DNA of 64,000 bases from an uncultured Lachnospiraceae bacterium (GTDB taxonomy: Bacteria; Bacillota; Clostridia; Lachnospirales; Lachnospiraceae), in the NCBI GenBank assembly GCA_947589305.1, contig CANQAP010000006.1, positions 12,291 through 76,290 of the forward strand, in the 5' to 3' direction. Every line of letters starts with the position of its first letter. Position 1 is the stretch's first letter. The notes under the pieces were generated by a model. It saw only the letters and a list, made by a program, of their open reading frames with translations, made no database searches and was not told the DNA's origin. The translations under genes were made by a program, and so were the position numbers. Below are positions 9,666-17,615 of the stretch, piece by piece.

Positions 9666-10982
9666 TCACTCTCTTACACGTCCCGCCAGATCATTGATAA
9701 ACTGCTGTGCGGTACGTCCGGAAATTCCTCCGTGGCTTAATTCCCATTTGTTGGCTTCCTGACACAGTTCTTCCTCACTTAATCTGATCCCGTCATAACG
9801 CTTTGCCAATTCTTTGACGATCTCAAAATATTCCTTTTGACTCGGTCTTGAAAAACTGATCGTCACACCAAAGCGATGTACCAGCGACAATTTTTCCTGC
9901 ATGGTATCGGAACGATGAATCTCACCGCCGTCCCCATGCTCCATATCCGACCTGTCATTCCACGTTTCCTTAATCAGATGCCGCCGGTTGGATGTAGCAT
10001 AGATCAAGACGTTATCCGGTTTGGTTTCCACGCCGCCTTCAATGACAGCCTTTAAAAATTTGTATTCGATTTCAAACTCTTCAAACGATAAATCATCCAT
10101 ATAGATGATAAAACGATAATTCCGGTTTTTGATCTGTGCAATGATCGTGGATAGATCCTGAAACTGATGTTTGTAAATCTCTATCATTCGAAGTCCTTGT
10201 GAATAATACTCATTTAAGATTGCTTTGATACTGGTCGATTTACCCGTTCCACTGTCTCCGAACAACAGCACATTATTTGCCTGCCGCCCCTGTACAAATG
10301 CTTCCGTATTATCACGAAGTTTTTTCTTTTGAATCTCATATCCGATCAAATCATCCAGCATCACATCATCTGTATTGTTGATCGGGCAAAACTCGATCCC
10401 TTCCTCTAAATGACGGATACGGAACGCCTTATTTAATCCGAATACGCCAACACCGTATGCCCGATAGAAATCCGTCACGATACGGAAGATATCTTCTTCG
10501 TCTTTGGCAGCTTCAATCTGGCGGCTAACTTCCTGCACTTTCTCACTCACATTCTTATTATACATCCGTTCTTTCTTTGCAATCGCCTGATAATGCGTAA
10601 TCGTAGAAAAGCAATCGATGTCAAGCGCCCGCTCAATGGTAGAAAAATCAAAATCAAACAGCCGCTTAAATATTTTAAAATCACCTTTTGCAAACCGGTT
10701 TACCGTGCCGTCATTTGCTCCTACTTTTTCACAGGTGATGCTAAATGAATTTTCATTGCTGATCAGCAGAAATGCCAAATAGTTATGCCATAAATTCGTA
10801 TCAAATCCATACGCGGTCGCCAGATCCAACAATCGCTTCATTTCTACATAGATCCGGGTTGTCAGATCCGCTTTATGAACCGTTCCCTCATCAAAATCTT
10901 CAAAGATTTTCGCAAGACGGAATAAAATACTGTCTTCTCCTAAGTCACGATATAAGATTAATTTTGATACTTCCTGATACAT
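9666..10982 (-). CDS. AAA-type ATPase of the DUF815-like family, function unknown
   Basis: Walker [13 protein letters not shown], Walker [11 protein letters not shown] and a ~190-aa N-terminal extension. AAAGGAG RBS. Confidence 0.7.
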   Translation of the reverse strand: MYQEVSKLILYRDLGEDSILFRLAKIFEDFDEGTVHKADLTTRIYVEMKRLLDLATAYGFDTNLWHNYLAFLLISNENSFSITCEKVGANDGTVNRFAKGDFKIFKRLFDFDFSTIERALDIDCFSTITHYQAIAKKERMYNKNVSEKVQEVSRQIEAAKDEEDIFRIVTDFYRAYGVGVFGLNKAFRIRHLEEGIEFCPINNTDDVMLDDLIGYEIQKKKLRDNTEAFVQGRQANNVLLFGDSGTGKSTSIKAILNEYYSQGLRMIEIYKHQFQDLSTIIAQIKNRNYRFIIYMDDLSFEEFEIEYKFLKAVIEGGVETKPDNVLIYATSNRRHLIKETWNDRSDMEHGDGGEIHRSDTMQEKLSLVHRFGVTISFSRPSQKEYFEIVKELAKRYDGIRLSEEELCQEANKWELSHGGISGRTAQQFINDLAGRVRE

Positions 10983-11151
10983 ATCCGGCTCCTTTCGCTC
11001 TATCCGTTTCCATGGAATGACAAGGAATGAGCGTATACAAAGTACCGTTCATCTGTATACGCTCACGCTTCTCATTCAATTCCTGATTTATTTTCCTGAT
11101 CTTACCGATGGCATCGTTGGCTTCAACCGGTCTTTACGACCGCCTTCGTAA

Positions 11152-12648
11152 TCATGCGGTTTCGTTCACGCTGTTCGCTAACCGTGACACCATATCGGAC
11201 ATCTCCTCTACAGCAGATGCAAACTCCTGCATATGTTCCAGTATCACATTGCTGACTGACATGCCTTCCTGTGACGAGCTGGACACCTCTTCCGCTCCTG
11301 CCGACAACTGGCTGATGCTATCGATGATCTGCGTATTGGCATCGATCACCGTATCGACATTATCCGAGATACTTCCGGTATAATCCTTCAATTCATCAAT
11401 GCTCTTACAGGTTTCCATAAAGGTTGTGTTCACTTTTTCTACCATTTCAGACTGTACCCGGACACTATCCACCGTCACCTGTAATTTATCCATGGATTCT
11501 TTTGTCACAGCGGTCAGATCATTAATGATGCTGGTGATCTGCTCCGTCGAGTCTTTTGTCTGCTCGGCAAGGTTCCGTATTTCATCCGCAACCACTGCAA
11601 ATCCCTTGCCTGCTTCGCCTGCTCTAGCCGCTTCGATCGACGCATTCAACGCCAATAAATTCGTCTGGCTGGAAATGTCTAAGATTGCTTTCGTAATGCT
11701 GTTGACTTCCTCTACATTGTCTGCCAGCTTCTGAATGGCTTCAGTCGTCTCATTCGTCTGTTCATTCACCATTCCCGTCTGTTCCTGAAGACCTTCTACG
11801 ACTTCAATGCCTTCGCTTACTACATCATATAATTGATCGGTCGTATCTACGATATCACTGGCATTTTGTGCCGTTACATCAATACAAGCCTTGATATCAT
11901 TCGTCATGCCTAACTGATTCTGAATCGCTTCCGCTGTCACTTCTGTACTTTCCGCAATATTTGTGATCGCCTGATTATTTCCTTCAATCTGCTGTACCAG
12001 TTCCACAAGCTGGGCGGTGATCTCCTCAAAGCGTCTGCTAATAGCTGCCGCCGTTGATTCGACATTCGTAGCGATCGCCATATGTTGGTCCGCCTGTTCC
12101 GAAACGGCTTCCTGACTTTCCGTAATGTAACGCATCAACAATCTGGTCACCATATACGCACCGATACACATGATGATCAATCCGACAAACTCCAATACGG
12201 AAGCATTCCGATTACTCTCTGTGATCTTACCGGCTACGCCCATGGAAATCAACTTAATAATATGTATCAATAAGGAGTAACCAATCGAACAGGCTACAGC
12301 CAAAGGATCCAAATACAACATCAAAACCACTAACACAGGGAATAAAAATACGATCGGATCTGTTGTACTAAGAAATACGGCACACCCATATGACACCATC
12401 CAGATTATGGAAAACATGATCATTGCCGCTTTGCTTTCACGAACCAAAGCCAGCCCCACCGTATTACACACAATCGCTACAATCATAATGATCATCAAAA
12501 CCAGTTCCCGAGCCAAAAATCCCGCAGTCAGCATATGTAACAATGCCATCAAGGCAATAGCGCCGTAAATCAGTGTGATCAGATTATAAGCATACCGATT
12601 AATCCTTCTATACTGTTCCGGAGCCATCTTCATATTTGATCCACTCAT
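11152..12648 (-). CDS. Methyl-accepting chemotaxis protein with multi-pass membrane N-terminus
   Basis: Signalling hairpin [34 protein letters not shown]. About 6 hydrophobic helices in the first 190 aa. GAGGAGGA RBS. Confidence 0.9.
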   Translation of the reverse strand: MSGSNMKMAPEQYRRINRYAYNLITLIYGAIALMALLHMLTAGFLARELVLMIIMIVAIVCNTVGLALVRESKAAMIMFSIIWMVSYGCAVFLSTTDPIVFLFPVLVVLMLYLDPLAVACSIGYSLLIHIIKLISMGVAGKITESNRNASVLEFVGLIIMCIGAYMVTRLLMRYITESQEAVSEQADQHMAIATNVESTAAAISRRFEEITAQLVELVQQIEGNNQAITNIAESTEVTAEAIQNQLGMTNDIKACIDVTAQNASDIVDTTDQLYDVVSEGIEVVEGLQEQTGMVNEQTNETTEAIQKLADNVEEVNSITKAILDISSQTNLLALNASIEAARAGEAGKGFAVVADEIRNLAEQTKDSTEQITSIINDLTAVTKESMDKLQVTVDSVRVQSEMVEKVNTTFMETCKSIDELKDYTGSISDNVDTVIDANTQIIDSISQLSAGAEEVSSSSQEGMSVSNVILEHMQEFASAVEEMSDMVSRLANSVNETA

Positions 12649-12737
12649 TCTTCATCCTCCTCACGTAACATTCGCATCTTAAAATTAGTATTATTATAGC
12701 ACAACGCCTATTGTTTCACAACAAAAAATGGTACGTC

Positions 12738-14156
12738 CTATTCATTTTCATCCGGCATCGGTCTGACCGTATTTCGGTTCACCCGCAGCAGGAAAACCGT
12801 AGCCACGCAAACCGCAACCACTTCCGCGATCGGAAATGCCCACCATACTGCTCCGACGTTACCGGTCAGTGAAAACAGATATGCAACCGGCAGTAACACA
12901 AACAACTGCCGGATAATGGATACCATCATGCTTAAAAAGCCTTTTCCGAACGCCTGAAAGATAGAAGACGCCGCAATACTGTATCCCGCAAAGATAAAGC
13001 TGAGACTGATCGTGCGGATTGCAGGAATACCCAACTCCAGCATATACGCATCCGGTTGGAAGATCATAAGCAGCGGTTTTGTAAAGATCTGTAATATCAC
13101 CAATCCGACTGTCATGATCGCCATGGCATAAATGACACCGTTCCGCATGGTCTGCTGTAGCCGTTTTTTCTTTCTGGCGCCATAGTTATAGGAAATGATC
13201 GGAATAATGCCATTATTTAATCCGAACACCGGCATGAAGATAAAGCTCTGCAGCTTAAAATATGCTCCGAATACAGCCGCTGCCGTAGAAGTAAATTTCA
13301 TTAAAATATTATTCAGTCCAAAGCTCATGACCGAACCGACCGACGCCATGATAATAGACGGTACTCCGACACTGTAAATCTTTCCGATCACTTTTCCTTT
13401 CGGATGGAAAACGCCCCTGAGACTTAATGTCAGTTCCTTATTCACTTTGATATTAAAGATCAGCGCCAAAACCGCAGCACAGATTTGTCCGATCACCGTC
13501 GCCAGTGCCGCTCCCCGTACACCCAGCGCCGGGCATCCAAAATACCCAAAGATCATGATCGGATCTAAGATCAGATTGATCACAGCACCTGTCATCTGTG
13601 TGATCATGGAAAACAATGTTTTGCCGGTCGATTGCAGCAACCGTTCAAAAATGAACTGTGCAAACATCCCAAAACATAATCCGCCACAGACCGTCAGATA
13701 TTGTGTTCCGTAATCCGTAATGGCTGCGTCTGCCTTTTGTAAGATAAAGACCCATTTTGAAGCCGTGAAACAGATCAGACTAAATACGATCGCACTCACC
13801 AATGACAAAAAAATACCGCAATTTGCCCCGTCATTCGCGTCTTTCCACCGCTTCTCACCCAAAAAACGAGAGACTAATGCGTTCACGCCGACGCCGGTTC
13901 CGCTTCCGACAGCGATCATAAAATTCTGCATTGGGAACACCAACGATAATGCCGTAAACGCATCCTGATTGATGCGGGACACAAATACACTGTCTACTAC
14001 GTTATATAACGCCTGTATCAACATGGACGCCATCATTGGCAGAGACATTGTGATAATCAGCTTGTTGATGGGCATAATTCCCATTTTGTTCTCTTTAAGC
14101 GGTTGTTCCGCTTTTGAAGGATTGCTGCTCGCTTCCAACTGTTCACCCTGATTCAT
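12738..14156 (-). CDS. MATE-family efflux transporter
   Basis: 472 aa and about 12 TM helices. Start moved to the ATG at 14156 (AAAGGAAGG RBS); the upstream part of the tracked ORF lacks an RBS. Confidence 0.8.
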   Translation of the reverse strand: MNQGEQLEASSNPSKAEQPLKENKMGIMPINKLIITMSLPMMASMLIQALYNVVDSVFVSRINQDAFTALSLVFPMQNFMIAVGSGTGVGVNALVSRFLGEKRWKDANDGANCGIFLSLVSAIVFSLICFTASKWVFILQKADAAITDYGTQYLTVCGGLCFGMFAQFIFERLLQSTGKTLFSMITQMTGAVINLILDPIMIFGYFGCPALGVRGAALATVIGQICAAVLALIFNIKVNKELTLSLRGVFHPKGKVIGKIYSVGVPSIIMASVGSVMSFGLNNILMKFTSTAAAVFGAYFKLQSFIFMPVFGLNNGIIPIISYNYGARKKKRLQQTMRNGVIYAMAIMTVGLVILQIFTKPLLMIFQPDAYMLELGIPAIRTISLSFIFAGYSIAASSIFQAFGKGFLSMMVSIIRQLFVLLPVAYLFSLTGNVGAVWWAFPIAEVVAVCVATVFLLRVNRNTVRPMPDENE

Positions 14157-14336
14157 TGCTGCCTTCCTTTCTGTCAATCCCCGCCGGTATATGGCGGCAA
14201 ATAAAAAAGCAGTATCATACTGCCTTGTTATCAAATAAGGACCTATGTTTACATAATAGAAACAGTATGATACTACCACAAAATCTGTAAAAAAGGAAGT
14301 CTCTTTTTCATCTTCATAAATAATTTATAAATGCTA

Positions 14337-14377
14337 TTGACATCTGTATATAAACTGTATATAATCATTATACACAG
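14337..14377 (+). promoter_or_regulatory. Consensus sigma-A promoter overlapped by a three-half-site operator
   Basis: TTGACA (14337-14342), 17 nt, TATAAT (14360-14365). CTGTATATAA occurs at 14344 and 14355, with an inverted partner ATTATACACAG at 14367-14377. Confidence 0.7.
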
Positions 14378-14387
14378 GAGGTGTTGT

Positions 14388-14762
14388 ATGGAAATCATCA
14401 TCAGTAATACCGGCAATGTTCCGATCTATGAGCAGATCACCGAACAGATCAAAAACAAGATCTTATCGGGAGAACTCCGATCGGGAGAATTACTTCCTTC
14501 TATTCGCAGCTTAGCAAGGGATCTGCGTATCAGCGTCATTACAACCAAGAATGCTTATATTGCTTTAGAAAAGGAAGGATATGTGACGACGATACCCGCA
14601 AAAGGCACTTATGTCTCAGATAAGAACCCCGAAATACGACGGGAAGAACAGATCAAACGCATTGAAGCGTTATTGGATGAAGCCATTGAGATTGCCAATA
14701 TCAGCCATATTTCACGGGATGAGCTTTTAAAAATATTTGATACTTTATATGAGGAGGAATGA
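14388..14762 (+). CDS. GntR-family (YtrA-like short) transcriptional regulator
   Basis: GGAGGTG RBS and HTH LPSIRSLARDLRISVITTKNAYIALEKEGYV. It is 124 aa and followed by ABC genes. Confidence 0.85.
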   Translation: MEIIISNTGNVPIYEQITEQIKNKILSGELRSGELLPSIRSLARDLRISVITTKNAYIALEKEGYVTTIPAKGTYVSDKNPEIRREEQIKRIEALLDEAIEIANISHISRDELLKIFDTLYEEE

Positions 14763-14764
14763 TC

Positions 14765-15622
14765 ATGGAAGCTATATTAGAAGTCAATCGTTTAAATACC
14801 TCTTACCAGACGTTTTCATTAAACGACATTCATTTTACACTGCCGAAAGGTATGATCTTAGGATTGATCGGAGAAAACGGCGCCGGAAAAACAACCATTA
14901 TCCGTTCTGTTTTGAATATGATCCCGAAGAGTGATGGGGAAATAAAGATTTTCGGATTGGACATGCACGAGCATGAGGCACAGATCAAGCAAGACATTGC
15001 CGTTGTGATGGACACCAGTTTTTTATCGGATTATCTGACTCCGAATGATATCCATAAGATCATGAAACACATGTATCCCAAGTGGGATCCGGCATTATTT
15101 TTCCAATATCTTGAGACCTTTCATCTACCCAAAGATCAGATGTCAAAAGAATTATCCAGCGGCATGAAAATGAAACTGCGAATCGTAACCGCTCTGTCAA
15201 GTCATCCGAAACTACTGATCTTAGATGAGCCGACATCCGGTTTGGACCCTGTTGCCAGAAATGATATCCTTGATCTGTTTCAGGATTTCATTCAAGACGA
15301 GGAACATTCCATCCTGCTGACAACCCATATCACTTCCGATCTGGATCGCATAGCGGATTATATCATATTTGTAAACGACGGAAGTATTATACTGTCAAAA
15401 TCCAGAGATGAACTGCTGGAAGAATACGGCATCGCAAAATGCACGGAAGCCGAATTCCGCCGGATGGACCGGCAGGATTACGTGAAATACATAAAAACGA
15501 AATATGAATATCAGGTACTGGTGAACCATCGAAGCAGCATACAGAAAAAATATAATATTTCTATCGTTGACCGCCCGACGATTGAAGAGATTATGCTAAT
15601 TTATATTAAAGGAGTGATGTGA
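14765..15622 (+). CDS. ABC transporter ATP-binding protein
   Basis: Walker A GENGAGKTT, signature LSSGMKMKL, Walker B LLILDEPTSGLD. The ATG at 14765 has better SD spacing than the one at 14759. Confidence 0.9.
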   Translation: MEAILEVNRLNTSYQTFSLNDIHFTLPKGMILGLIGENGAGKTTIIRSVLNMIPKSDGEIKIFGLDMHEHEAQIKQDIAVVMDTSFLSDYLTPNDIHKIMKHMYPKWDPALFFQYLETFHLPKDQMSKELSSGMKMKLRIVTALSSHPKLLILDEPTSGLDPVARNDILDLFQDFIQDEEHSILLTTHITSDLDRIADYIIFVNDGSIILSKSRDELLEEYGIAKCTEAEFRRMDRQDYVKYIKTKYEYQVLVNHRSSIQKKYNISIVDRPTIEEIMLIYIKGVM

Positions 15623-15623
15623 T

Positions 15624-16289
15624 ATGGAAGCAATCATTGGACTGATCGTAAAAGATTTCCTGCAAACCAAACGGCAGCAAAAAACACTGATCATCTATAT
15701 TGTACTTGCTTTGCCGATCATAATGATCGGCAAAACAATAAGTTTTGGCATTTTTTTAGTCATTTTAGGATTTGCTATGTACGGCAGTTCTTCTTTCAGC
15801 TATGACGAATTGGCAATGTCAGACCGGTTTATGTCTACTTTGCCGATCACAAAACATGATATCCTGTTATCCAAATATCTGTTTGCCATCCTTTCTACGA
15901 TGGTCGGACTTATCATCGGATTTTGCCTTACATTCGCAAGCCGCTGGTTCATCGGCACGGAATCTACAGCGCCATATATGAAGTTGAACTTTTATTTAAG
16001 TGTATTTTTTGCACTTGCCCTGCTTGAATCCATACAAATCCCGATATATATAAAATACGGCGTCGAAAAGGCACGGGCAGTGTTATTAGCATTTACCGCA
16101 TTTACGTACCTTCTCTTCTTTGCTATTTTGAACGCATTACCGCTCTTTGAAAATCTGCATATAGAAGGCATCTTTTCCATTCTGACAAAGGAACCGGTAC
16201 TCTCGCTTTTCCTGCTTTCGGGAATTCCATTGACGTATTGCATTTCCTTTGGCATCTCGAAACATATTTATTTATGTAAGGAACTCTGA
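15624..16289 (+). CDS. ABC-2-type membrane permease
   Basis: 221 aa with about 6 TM helices, adjacent to the ATPase gene (1-nt gap; AAGGAG RBS). Confidence 0.7.
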   Translation: MEAIIGLIVKDFLQTKRQQKTLIIYIVLALPIIMIGKTISFGIFLVILGFAMYGSSSFSYDELAMSDRFMSTLPITKHDILLSKYLFAILSTMVGLIIGFCLTFASRWFIGTESTAPYMKLNFYLSVFFALALLESIQIPIYIKYGVEKARAVLLAFTAFTYLLFFAILNALPLFENLHIEGIFSILTKEPVLSLFLLSGIPLTYCISFGISKHIYLCKEL

Positions 16290-16299
16290 TATAGAAAAA

Positions 16300-16343
16300 C
16301 CTGCAGCCGCTTCCGTATCCAGTCCATCAGAAGCGGCTGCGGG
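16300..16343. terminator. 14-bp-stem hairpin, with the U-tract on the minus strand
   Basis: CCTGCAGCCGCTTC-N16-GAAGCGGCTGCGGG. The plus strand has GAAAAA before it, giving UUUUUC after it on the minus strand. Confidence 0.6.
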
Positions 16344-16553
16344 TCTTGATATGTATGGAATAGCAAATTACTATTTTTCCCACAAATATTATACTATATT
16401 TAGATGTTTTAAGATATCTTTGCTCTTAAATACATTCGTCATTTTTTGCTTAAATTTATCTTTTTTGCTTTCAGTTACTTTCCGTTTCTAACTCTTGTGT
16501 CGTAACCTTTATCATAAAATACCGTCCTTTCTTTGTTAATTTTTGTAAAACAC

Positions 16554-16585
16554 AAAAAAATCAACCCGAACGGATTGATTTTTTG
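16554..16585. terminator. Symmetric A-run/T-run hairpin (bidirectional terminator)
   Basis: AAAAAAATCAACCCGAACGGATTGATTTTTT. Confidence 0.55.
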
Positions 16586-16649
16586 TTCAGTTCAAACTAT
16601 AAATTCTAAACCAATGATTGCTGGCACAATAATAAAAAACTTAAAAACA

Positions 16650-16679
16650 TAAAATAAAAGTAGATTTTTTCTCTACTTT
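16650..16679 (-). terminator. Terminator of the 60-aa ORF
   Basis: Minus strand AAGTAGA-GAAAAAA-TCTACTT followed by TTATTTTAT. Confidence 0.5.
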
Positions 16680-16684
16680 CATTT

Positions 16685-16867
16685 TTACTTTTCTTCTTTT
16701 TTATTCTTAATTCTGATAAACTCAAAAATAGCAAATATTGACCAGAAAACAACTTCTGCTATCAGGTATGTATGAGGATTTTTTTCAACGAAGAATCCAA
16801 CAATTGCCCATATAACGAAAACCACCATCCATATTGCTGTTGCGTACTTTTCAAAAAAACTTTTCAT
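16685..16867 (-). CDS. Hypothetical 60-aa two-TM membrane protein
   Basis: Two clear hydrophobic helices, a Lys/Glu tail and its own terminator. The RBS is weak. Confidence 0.4.
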   Translation of the reverse strand: MKSFFEKYATAIWMVVFVIWAIVGFFVEKNPHTYLIAEVVFWSIFAIFEFIRIKNKKEEK

Positions 16868-16996
16868 TTTTGCTTCTTTCTCATTTTCCTAAAGTGCTAT
16901 TAAAATATACTAGCTAAACTATAACAAATTAATTTCATATATATCTTTTTCTCCGTTTGGAGATTCAAGGATGAGCTTAGCTTTTCCTTCAAATAG

Positions 16997-17069
16997 AGCG
17001 CGAGACGGGACTCGAACCCGCGACCCCGACCTTGGCAAGGTCGTGCTCCACCAACTGAGCCACTCGCGC
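16997..17069 (-). tRNA. tRNA-Gly (GCC)
   Basis: The minus strand GCGCGAGTGGCTCAGTTGGTGGAGCACGACCTTGCCAAGGTCGGGGTCGCGGGTTCGAGTCCCGTCTCGCGCT folds as a cloverleaf with anticodon loop TTGCCAA. No encoded CCA. Confidence 0.9.
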
Positions 17070-17092
17070 ACATCATATTATTTTTCATCAAA

Positions 17093-17165
<73 letters not shown>

Positions 17166-17202
17166 GGATATCGTCGCAAGTCAAAACCTGCTCAGATAAA
17201 CA

Positions 17203-17288
17203 TGCCGGCGACCGGAATCGAACCGGTACGGGAGGTTAGTCCCGCAGGATTTTAAGTCCTGTGCGTCTGCCAGTTCCGCCACGCCGGC
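17203..17288 (-). tRNA. tRNA-Leu (UAA), long variable arm
   Basis: GCCGGCGTGGCGGAACTGGCAGACGCACAGGACTTAAAATCCTG CGGGACTAACCTCCCG TACCGGTTCGATTCCGGTCGCCGGCA. Confidence 0.9.
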
Positions 17289-17293
17289 ATATG

Positions 17294-17404
17294 TAACCAA
17301 TTTCCGAAGGAAATTGATTGCCTGCTCGTGGCACAAATGCGTTGTATTTCTTTCATGTGCCGCGATCCCTTTTCCATAACCAATTTCCGAAGGAAATTGA
17401 TTGC
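17294..17404 (-). repeat. Two identical 28-nt hairpin cassettes flanking a third hairpin in the Tyr-Leu tRNA spacer
   Basis: TAACCAATTTCCGAAGGAAATTGATTGC occurs at 17294-17321 and again at 17377-17404. GGCACA-N20-TGTGCC lies between them. Confidence 0.85.
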
Positions 17405-17405
17405 A

Positions 17406-17487
17406 TGGATGGAGGTGGATTCGAACCACCGAAGCAATATGCAGCAGATTTACAGTCTGTCCCCTTTGGCCACTCGGGAATCCATCC
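17406..17487 (-). tRNA. tRNA-Tyr (GUA)
   Basis: GGATGGATTCCCGAGTGGCCAAAGGGGACAGACTGTAAATCTG...GGTGGTTCGAATCCACCTCCATCCA, with anticodon loop CTGTAAA and a long variable region. Confidence 0.85.
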
Positions 17488-17521
17488 ATTGTTAGCAGCT
17501 TTTAGCCGCTGACAGTATTTG

Positions 17522-17550
17522 ATTATAATTGAAAACGATTCAAAATGCAA
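17522..17550 (-). promoter_or_regulatory. Sigma-A promoter of the tRNA operon
   Basis: Minus strand TTGCAT-17 nt-TATAAT, about 35 nt upstream of tRNA-Tyr. Confidence 0.6.
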
Positions 17551-17615
17551 GCAATTTTTAAAATTTACTGTTTTTTTCCGCGACCGGCATTTGCGTTATT
17601 TTACAAGCGGATTTT

